Shown here one piece after another: positions 39,427 through 49,815 of a stretch of 61,129 bases of DNA. The stretch is from contig CAIMPC010000026.1 in assembly GCA_903843285.1 (NCBI GenBank), forward strand, positions 1 to 61,129, in the 5' to 3' direction. The number at the start of each line of letters is the position of its first letter. The first letter of the stretch is position 1. The notes below the pieces were generated by a model. The model was not told the origin of the DNA. It made no database searches and saw only the letters and a program-made list of their open reading frames with translations. A program made the translations under genes and the position numbers. Source of the DNA: Candidatus Omnitrophota bacterium. GTDB taxonomy: Bacteria > Omnitrophota > Gorgyraeia > 2-01-FULL-45-10.

Positions 39427-40671
39427 TCATTCCGTCTTTTCCGCTGCTTCATCCTCCGCCCCATATCCGGGAGGCGTCTTATGCCATTTATATCCGCTGA
39501 CAGCATCATCATATCCGCGTTTAAAGAGCCTCTGCATTTCTTTCGTGTCAAACAGCTCTTTTGAATTAGGCTTAAAATCGGCCGGAATATACGCTAAATT
39601 GAAATCCAGGCCCCTTCTTTTAGCAGTGGAATAGAGCCTGTAAATATCCCCGTTATTTGCTGCTGCCACCACCGTGTCAAGTGAGCGCACGCTTATATCT
39701 ACCAGGCTGTCTTTTACCTGCTGTCTATTAGGCGACATATAACCGTTGCTTAATATATAGATCTGCGGCCTGTATTTTGATGGATCGATACCGAAAAGCT
39801 TAGCCGCTCCTTCCATGTTCTTTGTTAATCGGTCAATAGAAAATACGCCTCTCATAGTACCGCCATCTACGTGCATTTCATCATAAAGCTCTCCGGACTC
39901 GGCAGAAACTTTAAAAGTTACCGGAGGAAACGTCATTGGCAGAGAACTTGAGGCCATGAGTATCTTTCGGAACATCATCAACGAATCACCGCCCCCTTTA
40001 CACGCAATAGCGCCCATATCCCATACGACAAATTCCTGCGCGTCAAGATTTACGGTACCTACGAATAGCCTGCGGCCGCGTTTATGTTCTTCGACAACCT
40101 TTGCCATTAATTTTCCATCCACAATAGATGCGATCTTTTTAGCCATCGGAGCGGAGCTCATGAGTGAGTCTCCGAATATAATTTTGAATACGTTATTTTT
40201 TCTCATTATATCTTTGGTTGATATTGTGGTAAAAAAATGCTCGAGCTGGTCATCGTAATCTTTTCCTAAAAACGCATAAAGAGCGATTAGCGACCCACTA
40301 CTGACACCTGTAATAATCTTAAAAGTCGGGCGTGAACCCTCCTTAGACCATCCTTTTAATAGCCCTGCGCCATAAGCACCGTTAGCCCCACCGCCTGAGA
40401 TAGCCAGCACAGGATAGACCTTTATGCCCAGGAAGTTAACCGGACCTTCTTCTTTAAATGACTCAACCAGGCTCTTCTGCATAACGATCGGATCGGGGTT
40501 ATCCATATCAGTGCGTATATCCGGCATGCCGCTGATAGTAACCTTTCCGGAAAAATCCATCGGCACCGCATTTCGCGGCCTAATGGTAGCGCAACCCTGA
40601 ATTAATAACGCACTCATTAAAAAAATAACTGCAAGGAAGCCTGACATCCATCCTGTTCTTACGTTTTTCAT
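39427..40671 (-). CDS. Patatin-like phospholipase lipoprotein (copy 1)
   Basis: Lipobox LIQGC, SGGGANGAYGAG, GVSSG, HVDGG. Confidence 0.92.
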   Translation of the reverse strand: MKNVRTGWMSGFLAVIFLMSALLIQGCATIRPRNAVPMDFSGKVTISGMPDIRTDMDNPDPIVMQKSLVESFKEEGPVNFLGIKVYPVLAISGGGANGAYGAGLLKGWSKEGSRPTFKIITGVSSGSLIALYAFLGKDYDDQLEHFFTTISTKDIMRKNNVFKIIFGDSLMSSAPMAKKIASIVDGKLMAKVVEEHKRGRRLFVGTVNLDAQEFVVWDMGAIACKGGGDSLMMFRKILMASSSLPMTFPPVTFKVSAESGELYDEMHVDGGTMRGVFSIDRLTKNMEGAAKLFGIDPSKYRPQIYILSNGYMSPNRQQVKDSLVDISVRSLDTVVAAANNGDIYRLYSTAKRRGLDFNLAYIPADFKPNSKELFDTKEMQRLFKRGYDDAVSGYKWHKTPPGYGAEDEAAEKTE

Positions 40672-40695
40672 ATATACCCCATCTCTATTTATTCT

Positions 40696-40812
40696 TTAAG
40701 TCGCCAGTAGGCGACCACGTAAGTCATAATTTGTATTGTAATTAGCAATGCGCAGGATTGACACGCAAATCAGAAGTGCTATCGCTATTAAGAATATCTT
40801 TTTCAATTTCAT
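40696..40812 (-). CDS. Possible 38-aa single-TM peptide
   Basis: MKLKKIFLIAIALLICVSILRIAN...; AAGGTG RBS; fills the gap within the operon. Confidence 0.35.
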   Translation of the reverse strand: MKLKKIFLIAIALLICVSILRIANYNTNYDLRGRLLAT

Positions 40813-40830
40813 TAGCTCAACACCTTTAAG

Positions 40831-40998
40831 CTATTTCTTCTTGCCAAGCAGAAAATAAAGAATCATTCCGATAACAGGCAAAATTAGTATCAGGATAATC
40901 CACAACAACTTATTACCTGCCTCCGCGGAGCTTTTCAGGATATCTACAATGGCAATAATATCCAGAATCAAAACTATAAGCGACACCATTCCTATCAT
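40831..40998 (-). CDS. PLD-nuclease N-terminal (PLDc_N) small membrane protein, copy 1
   Basis: MIGMVSLIVLILDIIAIVDILKS...KLLWIILILILPVIGMILYFLLGKKK; AGGAGG RBS. Confidence 0.85.
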   Translation of the reverse strand: MIGMVSLIVLILDIIAIVDILKSSAEAGNKLLWIILILILPVIGMILYFLLGKKK

Positions 40999-41043
40999 AA
41001 CTCCTCCTATTCAGCTTTGCGCCCTATCGCATAATCTCACCAC

Positions 41044-41424
41044 TTATACGGTGATATGTTTCTTTTGTGCGCTCGCTGGGTTGTCGACCTCTATCTTCTT
41101 TATCATATCCTTAATCGAATGCGTACCCTTATGAAAGCACCCACATACCGAACGAGAAAACGCCTTAGCATTCTTTGCGTGCGCGGAGTGAATATAAATC
41201 TTGGCAAACTCCCACCTGTTTATGAGCGTTGCTATTAACTCTGGCCCGCTTATCTCGGGCAAAAATAAATCCAAAATAATAACATCGGGAGTATATCCTG
41301 ACTTAGCTAATCCCAATACCTCGTAGCCTGCAAACGCTGTCTCTACCACATGGCCCGAACCCGTAAATCTGCATTTCATCAGTTTTACAAGATCGTGATT
41401 GTCGTCGATGATCAATACCTTCAT
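41044..41424 (-). CDS. Single-domain response regulator
   Basis: VLIIDDN, PDVIILDLFLPEISG. Confidence 0.85.
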   Translation of the reverse strand: MKVLIIDDNHDLVKLMKCRFTGSGHVVETAFAGYEVLGLAKSGYTPDVIILDLFLPEISGPELIATLINRWEFAKIYIHSAHAKNAKAFSRSVCGCFHKGTHSIKDMIKKIEVDNPASAQKKHITV

Positions 41425-41876
41425 ATCTTCTCTTCGTGGAGCGGCCCTATTTTATCAACTTCCGCATGGTATATTTTAGAGCTCCCCGGAGCATTAAGAC
41501 CCGCTGTCGCTTTTTTCAGGACATCTTCGATTTCCCATAAAAGGTCCTCAGGATCAAATGGTTTGCTTATTAAGTATTCTGCCCCGCTTTCTGTTCCGCG
41601 CCGTTGCACAGACTCTCCCAAGAGTGCCGTTACCATAATAACGGGTATATCTTTCGTTTTGACGTTTGCTTTAAGTAGCTTACATACTTCAAAACCGTTT
41701 TGCCCCGATAGTAAAACGTCTAACAGTATAACGCTCGGCTTCTCTTCAGCCGCCTTTTCGATACACTCATTCCCGCTGGATGCGGTGATAACCGTATACC
41801 CATTTTTTTCTAATCGAATCCTGATCATTTTCTGCACATCATACTCATCATCTACTACTAGAATCTTTGCTCCCAT
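41421..41876 (-). CDS. Single-domain response regulator
   Basis: ILVVDDE, ILLDVLL, IPVIMVTA, KPF. Confidence 0.9.
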   Translation of the reverse strand: MGAKILVVDDEYDVQKMIRIRLEKNGYTVITASSGNECIEKAAEEKPSVILLDVLLSGQNGFEVCKLLKANVKTKDIPVIMVTALLGESVQRRGTESGAEYLISKPFDPEDLLWEIEDVLKKATAGLNAPGSSKIYHAEVDKIGPLHEEKI

Positions 41877-42273
41877 GATCCATCTCCTTTTTCAAATTAA
41901 CGCTTTCCGATTGTTCCAGCATCTTCTTTACTGCGCTTATCAATTCTTTAGGCTGAAATGGCTTGGCAATGTATCCGTCAGCTCCGCATTCCTCAGCTCT
42001 TTGTGCCACAGAAGTGACAGTAGCAGAAATCAAAAGTATGGGGATATGCTTCAGGTCTTTATCCTCTTTTAAGATTCTGGCAACTTCATCACCGTTCATA
42101 TCCGGCATATGGAAATCGAGTATTATAAGATCCGGAATAATTTGGCGTGCCATCTCCAGCGCCTCCCGGCCATCTCTGGCACCGATCGTCTCATAACCGG
42201 TCTTATTTAATCTTAGCAATAAGATCTTTAATACATCCGGCTCATCATCTACTACCAGAATCTTCTTTGCCAC
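41848..42273 (-). CDS. Single-domain response regulator
   Basis: ILVVDDE, PDLIILDFHMPDMNG, KPF. Confidence 0.9.
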   Translation of the reverse strand: MAKKILVVDDEPDVLKILLLRLNKTGYETIGARDGREALEMARQIIPDLIILDFHMPDMNGDEVARILKEDKDLKHIPILLISATVTSVAQRAEECGADGYIAKPFQPKELISAVKKMLEQSESVNLKKEMDHGSKDSSSR

Positions 42274-42288
42274 GCTTTAGCCTCCACT

Positions 42289-44520
42289 CTATTTTATGGG
42301 CAGGGTAAAATGCAATATCGAACCTTTGCCAGGCTGCGACTCCGCCCATATATTTCCTTTATGCGCTTGAATTATCTCTTTAGATATGGCCAGCCCGAGA
42401 CCTGTACCGCCTCTCTTCTTTCCAAGTCCGCCGCCTAATTGTTCAAATGTCTGAAAGAGCTTGGGTATATCTGTGGCCTGTATCCCAAGGCCGGTATCCT
42501 CTACCATCACGTGCATCACATCAGTCTCATTTTTCGTAGTAATGGATATATTGCCTTTTTCTGTAAACTTTACGGCATTGCTCAATAAATTGGTTAAAAC
42601 CTGAATAATCTTGTCTTTATCAAACTTTGTCATGGGTATACTATCATCCGCGTTTACTGTGAAGCTCATGTCCTTCTCTTCCGCCAGAAAATTCATCTCC
42701 CTACTCGTTTCCAGCACTATCTTATTAATATCGTACTCTTTGATATCGAGCTCCATTTTTCCGGCTTCCATCTTCTGAAAATCTAAAACGTTATTAATAA
42801 GGCGCCCCAACCTGTCGATATTGCTCTTTGCGGTATCTAAAATATCTTTCTGCTCATCAGTAACGCTCCCCACCAACCCCTCCAAAACAAGATTGATGCT
42901 TTCCATAATAACTGTCAACGGACTCCTAAGCTCGTGGGATACCATAGAGGTGAACTTTGACTTTGATTCCATGGCTTCTTTAGTGGCTTCTTCGGCCTTC
43001 TTACGCTCGGTGATGTCTTCGATAGCCAGGAGAATGATACGTTCTTTCCCCAGTACTCTTTGGATTTGCCGGGCATCCAATAGCATTATGCGGCGGCCTA
43101 TAGCGGTGAAGTCGTGTTCAACCTCATAGTTATCAAAGGTTGTCTTCTGGGGAAGAATGGTTTCCAGAAGCTCCCGTAGCTTGGGAATGTTCCACTGTTT
43201 ATTGCCCAAATCATAGATAAGCTGTCCCACAGTCTCTTTAGTGTTTACTTTAAAGACTTCATAAAAAGAGCGGCTGGCGGTGACTACCCTTAGGTCCTGA
43301 TCCAAAACGATCAATGGCTCACGCACAGTGTTGATAATACTCTCCGCGTATTCACGGTCGGCATCTTCGGATATCTTAGTTATCTCCAGTTCCTTCCGGG
43401 TCTTTTCCAGTCCATCTTCTACCGCCTTGCGCTCCGTTACATCACGAAACACCAGCACGGCGCCGAACACCCGTCCCTCGCGATTAAGGATAGGCGCGCA
43501 ACTGTCGGCGATAGCGCACTCGCCGCCGCCGCGAGCAATCAGTATGGTGTGGTTAGCCAGGTTCTTCGCAGTTCCATGTGACAGGACTTCCCTTATTGGA
43601 CTGGCGGAGGGTTGACGGGTTTCCTCGTTAATTATGTTAAAGATCTCATCCGACGGTCGCCCGGAGGCTTTCGCCTGCATCCAGCCGGTAAGCTTTTCTG
43701 CAACAGCATTTAAAAATGTAACGCGACCTTCGGCATCGGTAGCCATTACCGCGTCGCCGATGGAACTGAGCGTAACTGCGAATTTTTCTTCGCTGATCTG
43801 CAGGGCAGTATTGATGAGCTGTAGCTCGTTATTCGTCTTCTCCTGAATATCGAGCAAATGTTTTGTTTCGAGATGGACTAAATTCTTAAGCCGCTGATCT
43901 GTTTCACGATATATCAAATACACGAAAGAAAGCGAAAAGAGCAATATCAGCAGACTGGCGATAACGATGAAAATAAATAATATACGTAGCTCTCCCTGAA
44001 ATTGTGCATCGTGTTGCGCCAGAGCGCCTTGTTCTACCAAGACGAAGCTCTTCATCTCGGAGCGAATCGAATCCATCAACCGCTTGTCCTGGCCACCGCG
44101 TACATTCGCCAGCGCAGTAGCAATGTCACCACTACTGTACAATTCGATGTTGCGCGCTAAATACGCCAATTTGGCATCTATCAATGGCCTCAGCGCGTCC
44201 AGATGCTTATTAGCAGCGCTACTTAAGGAAATTTGACGTAATTTTCCCAGATTACTGCTGATGCTATCGCGCACCGCCAAGTACGGCTTCAAAAAAGTCT
44301 CGTTATCAGTCAGCAAATAACCGCGCTGACCGGTCTCAGCATCTACCAATTCAGATAAAAGATCGTCCGCATTGTTTAGCACAATAAAGGTATTCTTTCG
44401 CAGTTCAGCGGATTTCTCCATGTGCATGAAAACTGATAACGATATCGTTATTACTGACATCGCCACGATCAATATCGCAACTCCAATAAGCGAAATAATA
44501 ATTTTATGACTTTTTTCCAT
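42289..44520 (-). CDS. CHASE3-PAS-PAS sensor histidine kinase
   Basis: DAETGQRGYLLT (CHASE3), two PAS domains, SHELRSPL, NLLSNAVKF, GTGLGL; RBS before ATG 44520. Confidence 0.92.
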   Translation of the reverse strand: MEKSHKIIISLIGVAILIVAMSVITISLSVFMHMEKSAELRKNTFIVLNNADDLLSELVDAETGQRGYLLTDNETFLKPYLAVRDSISSNLGKLRQISLSSAANKHLDALRPLIDAKLAYLARNIELYSSGDIATALANVRGGQDKRLMDSIRSEMKSFVLVEQGALAQHDAQFQGELRILFIFIVIASLLILLFSLSFVYLIYRETDQRLKNLVHLETKHLLDIQEKTNNELQLINTALQISEEKFAVTLSSIGDAVMATDAEGRVTFLNAVAEKLTGWMQAKASGRPSDEIFNIINEETRQPSASPIREVLSHGTAKNLANHTILIARGGGECAIADSCAPILNREGRVFGAVLVFRDVTERKAVEDGLEKTRKELEITKISEDADREYAESIINTVREPLIVLDQDLRVVTASRSFYEVFKVNTKETVGQLIYDLGNKQWNIPKLRELLETILPQKTTFDNYEVEHDFTAIGRRIMLLDARQIQRVLGKERIILLAIEDITERKKAEEATKEAMESKSKFTSMVSHELRSPLTVIMESINLVLEGLVGSVTDEQKDILDTAKSNIDRLGRLINNVLDFQKMEAGKMELDIKEYDINKIVLETSREMNFLAEEKDMSFTVNADDSIPMTKFDKDKIIQVLTNLLSNAVKFTEKGNISITTKNETDVMHVMVEDTGLGIQATDIPKLFQTFEQLGGGLGKKRGGTGLGLAISKEIIQAHKGNIWAESQPGKGSILHFTLPIK

Positions 44521-44686
44521 GTATCCTTTTAATTTCCGCGATCTGCCGCATGATCTCATCGCCTATCAGTTTATATGTCTCTTAATGCCGCTCTTCGTCT
44601 GCTTCAGCTTTCGGCCCTTTGTGCAAACACCTTCAGAAAAAATGGTGAGCATCCATAAGATAAATTTTTTGTTACCCGTTATTGCG

Positions 44687-44914
44687 TTACAGTTTATTTT
44701 CCCCTGTTTCGCTTGGTACTGCTTTCTGCTCGATAACAAGCGTTCCGGCCTGAGCGTCTATAACCTCGAGCTGTCCAATAGATTCCCGTAGGATAGGTGC
44801 CGGCATAGGATAAGCGACGATCTTACGGACCATCGTTTCTTCGTCTGTGCCTATAGAGCTGTCGATAAGCTCAATGGTAACAGGCTGGCCTGCTCTCAGA
44901 TCCTTGATTACCAC
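44687..44914 (-). pseudogene. Truncated paralog of the 56461-57492 repeat protein
   Basis: KDLRAGQPVTIEL...PMPAP...GQLEVIDAQAGTLVIEQK matches internal segments of 56461-57492; no signal peptide. Confidence 0.7.
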
Positions 44915-44968
44915 GTCACTTCCTCCTTTGTCAGTTATGCGCTATTAATTCATTATGTTTTCGACTTG

Positions 44969-45014
44969 ATCTTACTGAAAATTCGGAAATCGGTCAATTG
45001 TACATAGGTATAAT
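44969..45014 (-). promoter_or_regulatory. Palindromic box plus sigma70 promoter, copy 1
   Basis: GGTCAATTGTACATAGGTATAAT (44992-45014); minus strand TTGACC-N17-TAAGAT. Confidence 0.8.
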
Positions 45015-47734
45015 CACTTAAGTTTCACAACCTCTTCCCTTATACCAAAGGCTATCGCTTCATAATCCTCTTTGGCCCCTAATTTCAGCCCTTCATTTTT
45101 GAGCTCTTCGAAATTATGCGGCTTTCCAAATGTTATCGTAATCGGACGCAAAACAGGAAAACGCTTTGTCCTCGGCCAGGATTCATAGGAACCGTTTATG
45201 CGTACGGGAATCAGCGGGACATTCAACTCTTTCGCTAATATCCCTACGCCTTTTTTGAATTCCTGGACTTTTCCATCGATAGTCCTTTCTCCCTCCGGGA
45301 AGATACAGAGTATTTTATCGTTTTTCAGAATATAAGAAGATGCTTGCATAGATTCTATGAGGTGCGTGCCCGGATCTATGGGAATAGCTCCTATACATCT
45401 TGCTAAATTTCTGATCAAGAAATGATCAAAATAGCCTCCAAAACCGATGACGAAAAGGTCTTTTCGCAGACCCGCAGGCGTAGAAGCCATAACTATAAAA
45501 CCATCTAGATAACTGCCATGATTAACACATAAGATGCACTTGCCATTTTTCGGGATATTTTCCGTTCCAAAAATTCTGAGTAGCCAGAACAACCTGAAAA
45601 TAAGGCGCACGGTTTCGGTGAATACCCTTATTGCTAAACGCATCATCCGGCTATGCGTCAGATATAATTTATTGATCATATCTTTGGCGGGTTCTTCGCT
45701 TAAGATCTCATTCCATGAAGCCTGGCGTTTAGCTTGCGAAACGGGTCCTTGAGATTCTCCGCTTTGGGCCAATTTCTCTATCTCGAGAATAAGCTCTTTT
45801 ACTGTAAAGACCTTAGTCAATAGTTCATCGGGCATGCGATTATTAAATGCCTGCTCCAGCACCATCAGCAGCTCCACGCGGCCCAACGAATCGATACCGA
45901 GATCTAATTCAAGATGATCGGTCAGGCCGATCTTCCTTCCTGACTTTGAATGTTTACTCAGGGCTTCGATAGCCTTCCCACCAACATCAGAAGATAGCAG
46001 CTTAAGATCCTCATCTGAAACGGGAATTTCTTCCACCGGGCCTTTTACTTTTACGCCTTTAAGCTCATCCAGATATTTCTTCCTGACTTCATACCTTACT
46101 ATCTTGCCCATCCTCGTGCGCGGGATATCTTCCTTTACTATAATAAAACCCTTAATGCGCTGGTAGGAAGCAAGGCCAGCGGATATATTTTCCAGTTCCC
46201 ACTTTAGTTTACTGTTAAGGTTAACCTCCCCGAGTTTACGGTAATAGTCGGGATTTGGCACTACCACGGCAGCCAGCCTTTCCTCCTCGACTCCCTCTTC
46301 GCCGACACCGACGACGCATATCTCTTTGATGTAGGGGCTCTTAGCATAATGAGATTCGATCTCATCGGGAAAGATCTTTTTCCCGGAGCTCAAAACGATC
46401 ATCTCTTTTTTTCTTCCTGTGATATAAAGATATCCGTCCCTATCTATATGACCCAGGTCACCGGAGTAAAACCAGCCGTCCTTTAAGACGCTCGCGGTGT
46501 CGTCCGGCCGTTTATAGTAGCCTTTCATGATATTGGGGCCCTTAATCACTATTTCACCCATGCCGGAAGCGTCAGGATCGACAATCTTCACATCTACATC
46601 CGACCACACTTTTCCGACTGAACCGATCTTCTGTTTTTTTAACGGATTTAAAGCTACTCCTGGCGATGTTTCGGTAAGCCCGTATCCTTCCAGTATTGTG
46701 AAACCGATCTTGACGAGAAATCTCCCCGCTTCTTCATTTAACTTAGCGCCGCCGGATACGAAAAATCTTACAGATTCTCCAAATGGCCGGTGTATCTTCT
46801 GCAGAATTAGCCTGCTTATATTTATTCCGGTGAGTCTTCTGAACTGCCACAATACCTCTATCATACCTGACATAGGTACCCTGAGTAAAAAAGGTATTTT
46901 CTTTAGTTTTGCTGATATTTGAGTATAAAACATATAAAAAAGCTGTGGTACCCCAGGCAATACCGTTACTCCGGCCTCTCTCATCGATGTCATTAATTCA
47001 TCGGGCCTCAGGCTTGAAGCATACGTAACCCGTACCTGGCGGAAAAGGGGCAAGATCAGAGTAAGCATAAAAGGGAAGGCGTGATGTAACGGCAATATAG
47101 AAATGAAATTATCCTTATCAGAGAAGATCTTCAGCTTATCGAGACTTTGAAAATTAGAGCAAAAATTCTTGTGCGTGAGCATCACACCTTTTGGCGTGCC
47201 GGTGGTTCCTGATGTATAGATGAGCGAAGCGACATCTTCGGGCAAAACTTCGGGCCATACGATACCATTGGGCGAGACAGATTTAACCTGTGACAGGCCT
47301 ATCAGGTTATCTTTTTCTATATCCAGGTCCAGTATAACGATCTTGCTCAGGCCGCTTTTTATCTTATCTATTTTTTTTGCCTGAAAAACGGCATTGGATA
47401 CAAATATGATCTTTGCGGCACAGTCATTGATGAGATTTTCTATCTCTTTCTCCGCCAGCTGTGGGTCTAAAGGAACACAGGTCAAGCCGGCAGCCATTAT
47501 GCCTAAATAGATCACTCCCCATTCCGGTCGATTCTCCAGGCATATAGCCGCGAAGTCGCCTTTTTTATAGCTCTGACCGATAAGGAACGCGCCTATCCCC
47601 AGATAGAAGTCATCTATTTGCTTATATGTCCACCTCTCCCAGTCAGATCCTTTCTTTATCTGAAAGCATACCCTGTCTGAATATTGAGAAGAAGCTTGAG
47701 CAAACATCTTATGTATAACTAATTCGTCTTTCAT
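45014..47734 (-). CDS. Acyl-AMP ligase / ACP / PlsC acyltransferase trifunctional protein (Aas-like)
   Basis: YTSGTTGTPKG, GYGLTE, DLGIDSL (phosphopantetheine Ser), NHGSYLD, FPEG; ATGA overlap at 47731-47734. Confidence 0.92.
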   Translation of the reverse strand: MKDELVIHKMFAQASSQYSDRVCFQIKKGSDWERWTYKQIDDFYLGIGAFLIGQSYKKGDFAAICLENRPEWGVIYLGIMAAGLTCVPLDPQLAEKEIENLINDCAAKIIFVSNAVFQAKKIDKIKSGLSKIVILDLDIEKDNLIGLSQVKSVSPNGIVWPEVLPEDVASLIYTSGTTGTPKGVMLTHKNFCSNFQSLDKLKIFSDKDNFISILPLHHAFPFMLTLILPLFRQVRVTYASSLRPDELMTSMREAGVTVLPGVPQLFYMFYTQISAKLKKIPFLLRVPMSGMIEVLWQFRRLTGINISRLILQKIHRPFGESVRFFVSGGAKLNEEAGRFLVKIGFTILEGYGLTETSPGVALNPLKKQKIGSVGKVWSDVDVKIVDPDASGMGEIVIKGPNIMKGYYKRPDDTASVLKDGWFYSGDLGHIDRDGYLYITGRKKEMIVLSSGKKIFPDEIESHYAKSPYIKEICVVGVGEEGVEEERLAAVVVPNPDYYRKLGEVNLNSKLKWELENISAGLASYQRIKGFIIVKEDIPRTRMGKIVRYEVRKKYLDELKGVKVKGPVEEIPVSDEDLKLLSSDVGGKAIEALSKHSKSGRKIGLTDHLELDLGIDSLGRVELLMVLEQAFNNRMPDELLTKVFTVKELILEIEKLAQSGESQGPVSQAKRQASWNEILSEEPAKDMINKLYLTHSRMMRLAIRVFTETVRLIFRLFWLLRIFGTENIPKNGKCILCVNHGSYLDGFIVMASTPAGLRKDLFVIGFGGYFDHFLIRNLARCIGAIPIDPGTHLIESMQASSYILKNDKILCIFPEGERTIDGKVQEFKKGVGILAKELNVPLIPVRINGSYESWPRTKRFPVLRPITITFGKPHNFEELKNEGLKLGAKEDYEAIAFGIREEVVKLK

Positions 47735-49815
47735 TTTAGCGTTTCCTTGAATCTGTCCAAACATATCTTCATGAATTGATCCGGGAAGACGTCAAATACC
47801 CTCTCCGCATGTCCACCGCCCTTAATGATCGTCAGGGATTTGGGATTCCTGGCCTTGTCAAATAGAAGCTGGCTGTTACTCATCTTTACCAGCCAGTCTT
47901 TTTCACCATGAATAAATAGTACCGCTGTGGGCGATATCTTATTAACGATATCGCGGGGCCGGGTCTTCGTTAACGACGGGCTTCCCATCCTAACGCCCTT
48001 CCCACGTCCCTTTACCCCAAAATTAAGTTTCAGGTCTTCCCACATATCTTTTTCCCAAAAATGGTAATTGATACTGCCTAAACCTGATGGAGTGCTGACA
48101 GCTATCACGCTATCGATGCTCTGATTACAGCTCGCTTCGATCAATGCGATCGCAGCGCCTAGTGAAAACCCGACTACGCCAACTTTCACATACTTAGCTT
48201 CTTTCGCGTAGGCAATGATCGCCCGCAAATCCTTCTGCTCATGTGCAGTCCACGTAAAAACATCGCTCGACTTGCCATGCCCTCTAAAATCGAACACGAT
48301 AACATCGTATTCTTTACTGAATTCATCAGCCATCTTTTTAAACAAATACGTATCCTTATTATTGTAAAATCCGGGCGCAAGTATAACGACTTTAGAAAAT
48401 CCGCCTTTGATATGATTGAAAGCTATGCGCTTGCCGTCTTCTGTCATCACATAATGGTCAGGTTCGCTCTCTCCCGCCAAAGAAGGTGTCCCGCCCTGGG
48501 GGAGATCGGCGTTTGTGTCAACGATCTGTCTGGGTTCTGTCTTATTAAAATTTCCTTCGAATATCGATTTGCCAACGGAACTAAAATAATTCTTGAAAAT
48601 ATCCAGTTCCGATTTCATACGCCACAGGAACAGAAACTGAGAACTATTCTTCTTACCTACCGAAATAGACTTTCTTGATCTCGCATCTTCATATATTTCC
48701 AGCATGTGCTTGGCAGAAATGTTGATCGTATATTTCTGCGCTGTAACTCGCGCAGCTTCTTCCATGATCTTCGATTCTTCAGGAGAACTGTTTAACACAG
48801 AAAGTAACGCGTCAGCATAGCTCTGTTGGTCCATCTGATCTAACAGTCGCCCGTTCTTGCGGTCTTCTACAACGTCCCGCGCTCCCGGCGCATCCAACGC
48901 TACCACAGGAACACCTGCTGCCATGGCTTCGATGAGAACAATGCCCTGAGTCTCGCTTAAGGATGCAAAGGCAAAGAGGTCCATGGCAAAATATGCGTCT
49001 ACCAGCTCCTGATAATGCAGAACCCCGACTAAGTGCAATCTATCTTTAAGGCCGGCCTCTTTAAATGTATCCTGGATCATCTTTTCGGCAGGGCCCTTGC
49101 CGACAATAAGGGCATGGATCTTTGGGTCTTTCTTTAATGCTTCAACCATACAATTTATCAGGAAGTCCAGGTTCTTCTCCGGAGCCAGCCGTCCCGCGTG
49201 GCCGATCACCTTAGCCTCGAGAGGGATCTGATTCTTCTGACGAAAGGCCTTCCCATCGCCTTTGGAAAAATGAGCTACGTCTACCCCTGTAGGGATCACG
49301 GACATCGGAGTCTTGACGCCTCTTTTAAGCAGGATCTCCTGCACGCTTTCGGTGGGAACGATCACCCGGTCGACCATATTGGCATATCCGGCGGCAAGTT
49401 TTACAATAAATCGTTTTACTCCCTCATTTTGAACAGGCCAATCATGCACATATTGTTCAAACATACAGTGATAAGTAAAAATGAGCGGTATCGCGTGCTG
49501 GCGACTAAGGCGTAACGCAAAATCTCCCATAAAGAACGGGCAATGGCTATGCACTATATCCGGAGCGAATTCTTCCATTAGATGCGTTAAGAGCCTGGAG
49601 GCCGGAAAATTAACGGAGAAAATAGACCCGCTGAATTTTTGAAATGCCGGAATGCGAATAACGCCCGGCTCCTCTATCGGCATACCCTGAAAAGTCGGAG
49701 TAACAATTAAAACCTCATGCCCCAGTCTTCTAAATTCCTGACTAAAAGAATAAACCGATTGTTCTAACCCTCCCACGATCGGAAAATAGGTATTCGTCAT
49801 CATTACAATTCTCAT
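47731..49815 (-). CDS. GT4 glycosyltransferase fused to an alpha/beta hydrolase
   Basis: HSHCPF, GRLAPEKN, SETQGIVLIEAMAAG; C-terminal FDFRGHG, GFSLG, HGEKD, GHAE. Confidence 0.9.
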   Translation of the reverse strand: MRIVMMTNTYFPIVGGLEQSVYSFSQEFRRLGHEVLIVTPTFQGMPIEEPGVIRIPAFQKFSGSIFSVNFPASRLLTHLMEEFAPDIVHSHCPFFMGDFALRLSRQHAIPLIFTYHCMFEQYVHDWPVQNEGVKRFIVKLAAGYANMVDRVIVPTESVQEILLKRGVKTPMSVIPTGVDVAHFSKGDGKAFRQKNQIPLEAKVIGHAGRLAPEKNLDFLINCMVEALKKDPKIHALIVGKGPAEKMIQDTFKEAGLKDRLHLVGVLHYQELVDAYFAMDLFAFASLSETQGIVLIEAMAAGVPVVALDAPGARDVVEDRKNGRLLDQMDQQSYADALLSVLNSSPEESKIMEEAARVTAQKYTINISAKHMLEIYEDARSRKSISVGKKNSSQFLFLWRMKSELDIFKNYFSSVGKSIFEGNFNKTEPRQIVDTNADLPQGGTPSLAGESEPDHYVMTEDGKRIAFNHIKGGFSKVVILAPGFYNNKDTYLFKKMADEFSKEYDVIVFDFRGHGKSSDVFTWTAHEQKDLRAIIAYAKEAKYVKVGVVGFSLGAAIALIEASCNQSIDSVIAVSTPSGLGSINYHFWEKDMWEDLKLNFGVKGRGKGVRMGSPSLTKTRPRDIVNKISPTAVLFIHGEKDWLVKMSNSQLLFDKARNPKSLTIIKGGGHAERVFDVFPDQFMKICLDRFKETLK

